A stretch of 64,000 bases of DNA from Balanoglossus misakiensis (Eukaryota > Animalia > Hemichordata), in contig CM082591.2 of NCBI GenBank assembly GCA_040954595.2, positions 6,516,695 to 6,580,694 of the forward strand, given 5' to 3'. Positions within the stretch are counted from its first letter, which is position 1; each line of letters opens with the position of its first letter. The notes under the pieces are model-generated. The model saw nothing but the letters and a program-made list of their open reading frames with translations, made no database searches and had not been told where the DNA came from. Of this stretch, positions 61,591 through 64,000 are shown piece after piece. The translations under genes were made by a program, and so were the position numbers.

Positions 61591-63783
61591 ATGGCTGCCA
61601 AGGATTCCGGGGTTGCAACGGAAATCGACGAGAATTTCCTCCTCTGTGCTGTCTGTTCAGAGACGTACAAGAATGCGAAAATACTACCGTGTCTACACAC
61701 CTTCTGCGAGCCGTGTCTGGGTAAACTGGCAGAGAAAACTCATGGTGCTGTAAACTGTCCAATATGTCGGCGGTCCCACGAGCTTCCGGGTAATGGCGTG
61801 TCCGGCTTCGACACCAGCGGTTTTCTGAACGATTTGGTTGAACTGCTCAATAAACGAGACACTTCGACGTCAAAGATGAAGTGTGAACTGTGCGAGCAGG
61901 GCGTTCGGACCATGCACTGTGTCGAGTGTTCGTTCGAAATGTGTGATGCTTGTGTCAAGGGACATGAAAAAGTCCCGACGACGAAACTGCACCGGCTCGT
62001 TTCACTGGTCGAATACAACACCGCCAAGTCGGTTGACCCCGCCTCCGTTCAGCCACCGGTCTACTGCAGCAAACACCCAGACTACAAGATCGAATTCCAC
62101 TGCGATACATGCGACAAGGCGATCTGTCTGAAGTGCACGGCGTTGGATCATTGCAAACCCGATCACCAGTACCGTTGTGTGAAACAGGCAGCCGAAGCCT
62201 ACACCGAAGATTTGCTAACGACCATTGACAAAGTGAAAACGAAAGAAACTCAGGTCAGTGAGAGCACGATAGCTGTTACCCAAGTATCGACATCCTTAGA
62301 CGAGAGCTTCAGGAGAGAAGGCGACCAACTGAGAGAACACATCCGTAAAACAATCGAAGAACTCACTCGTCTGATTCAAGAAAACGGCGACAAACTTCTG
62401 AAAGAACTGAAAGACGAATACGACAGGCGAAAATTGAATTTAAACGCGCAGCTGAAAGAAATGGAAGTTTGCCAGAATGATCTGTCGCACGCGAGAGAAT
62501 ACGCCGAGAAACTGGTTCACCATGGCAACGCTACGCAGCTGATGACGACAAAGAAAGGGATAGTCAGTCAGATGACAGAATTGCTGAAATTAGAGACAGA
62601 AACCGAACCGATAGAGAGCGACTACCTGAAGTTCGAACCGTGTGATGATTTCTGTACGGAGAAGAAGCTAGGAGCGATAGAGACCACTGCAGTTGCCTAT
62701 GAAATAGTGGATGCTCCAAAATTCACAAGAATTGACGAAGAAATCTGCGTCACAATGACGTCACCGGATAAGACAAAAATCGACAAAGTTAACGCTGTCT
62801 TGACATCAGGAGAAAAAGTGGAAGTCAGCGATAATAACGACGGGACTCTGAGTTTGAAAACTCGTGCAAACACGGAAGGCGAACATGAACTGTCAGTGTC
62901 GGTACGTAAGAAAGTAGTACGGGGTTCACCGGTTAGAATTAAAGTTATTCTTAAGAAGGGGTTGGTGTGTAAATTTGGGGAGAAGGGTACAGGGGTTGGT
63001 CAGCTGAAGGATCCATGTGGGGTAACCCTCACAAGAACAGGAGATGCGTTAGTTTCTGACTTTGATAATCATAGATTGCAATCTTTCAGTGTGGGTGGAA
63101 CACAGCAGAAAATGTTCCAATTTGGAAATTTGGGTAATGCATTTCTACCAAACGATGCAGCTGTGTCAGTGGATGGAAATGTTTTCACAACAGATCAAGG
63201 AAATAAGCAGGTAATTGTCTGTGACGAGAATGGCAAACTGATCAAGTGTTTTGGGAAGGGAAAGATTAAATTGCCGATCGGTATTGGCATAAGTCTTGTC
63301 AATGGGAGGGTTTATGTTGTGGATCTCCATGGACACTGTATTCACATCTACGACCAGGATGGAAATCATATCAAATCATTTGGGAGAGAGGGAAGTAAGG
63401 ATGGTGAGTTTTACTACCCACGGTTTGTCTGCATTGACGACAAAGGCAATGTCTATGTATCAGATACTTTGAACCACCGAATTCAAGTGTTCGATGGTGA
63501 TGGTTACTTCCTGTGTACATTCGGCTCCAAAGGAAGTGGAGATGGTCAGCTGAGTTACCCCCGTGGAGTGGCTGTGGATAAACACGGCTATGTGTATGTC
63601 TCAGACTGGGGCAATAAAAGAATTCTCAAATATGAATCTGGGGGGAAATTTGTCTGTCGTGTTGACAGTGACGACGATGGACTCAATAAACCCTATGGTA
63701 TCTGTGTAACGGATGATGAACCACTTTGTAAGGTTCTGGTTGCTGACTGTGGAAACCAATGTGTAAATGTATTCGCGCAGTAA
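61591..63783 (+). CDS. TRIM-NHL E3 ubiquitin ligase, copy 4, intronless, 730 aa
   Basis: Same architecture and 3' flank as copies 1 and 2. The flank homology runs off the window end, so the array may continue. Confidence 0.93.
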   Translation: MAAKDSGVATEIDENFLLCAVCSETYKNAKILPCLHTFCEPCLGKLAEKTHGAVNCPICRRSHELPGNGVSGFDTSGFLNDLVELLNKRDTSTSKMKCELCEQGVRTMHCVECSFEMCDACVKGHEKVPTTKLHRLVSLVEYNTAKSVDPASVQPPVYCSKHPDYKIEFHCDTCDKAICLKCTALDHCKPDHQYRCVKQAAEAYTEDLLTTIDKVKTKETQVSESTIAVTQVSTSLDESFRREGDQLREHIRKTIEELTRLIQENGDKLLKELKDEYDRRKLNLNAQLKEMEVCQNDLSHAREYAEKLVHHGNATQLMTTKKGIVSQMTELLKLETETEPIESDYLKFEPCDDFCTEKKLGAIETTAVAYEIVDAPKFTRIDEEICVTMTSPDKTKIDKVNAVLTSGEKVEVSDNNDGTLSLKTRANTEGEHELSVSVRKKVVRGSPVRIKVILKKGLVCKFGEKGTGVGQLKDPCGVTLTRTGDALVSDFDNHRLQSFSVGGTQQKMFQFGNLGNAFLPNDAAVSVDGNVFTTDQGNKQVIVCDENGKLIKCFGKGKIKLPIGIGISLVNGRVYVVDLHGHCIHIYDQDGNHIKSFGREGSKDGEFYYPRFVCIDDKGNVYVSDTLNHRIQVFDGDGYFLCTFGSKGSGDGQLSYPRGVAVDKHGYVYVSDWGNKRILKYESGGKFVCRVDSDDDGLNKPYGICVTDDEPLCKVLVADCGNQCVNVFAQ

Positions 63784-64000
63784 ATAAGTGTCCATAAGAC
63801 TTCCTGTATTAACAAACAAGCTTTACAAACAACTGTCCCAGTGGGTGATGTCAAAGAAGCAAAATCCGCAACTGTTGACATTAGAGAGAAGATGAACTCT
63901 GGTCTTTCACCTTCGAATGCATAAGCCATAGAAATAGTGGACCAAAGTGACAATTTTAATTTTCAAAAAAAATGTAAACATTGGAAATTATAGTTCCATT

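Noticed and set aside
51900-63783. Diversity-generating retroelement-style mutagenesis of the NHL codons
   Set aside because: No reverse transcriptase or template repeat is present, and the substitutions are not restricted to adenines.

Overview
This is animal (eukaryotic) genomic DNA, probably from a marine invertebrate; that assignment is an inference from gene content and intron style. From left to right: (1) about 15.5 kb of a homogeneous 88-bp satellite with internal palindromes and traces of higher-order repeats. (2) Two small orphan low-complexity ORFs that both start MFR, one Arg/Ser plus Gly/Pro rich and one almost pure Gly-Pro. (3) A 4-coding-exon Kv3/Shaw potassium channel gene on the minus strand. 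(4) A 13-exon FGGY carbohydrate (ribulose/ribitol) kinase on the minus strand, head-to-head with (5) a compact 2-exon LicD/fukutin/FKRP-family transferase on the plus strand. (6) A tandem array of intronless TRIM-NHL E3 ligase genes, three intact and one rearranged. The strongest signals are the hypervariable, mosaic top-face positions of the NHL propellers on near-identical RING/B-box/coiled-coil scaffolds, which look like a diversifying recognition system, and the divergent FGGY and LicD pair, a possible ribitol-phosphate supply plus transfer module. Exon boundaries and difference counts were done by hand.
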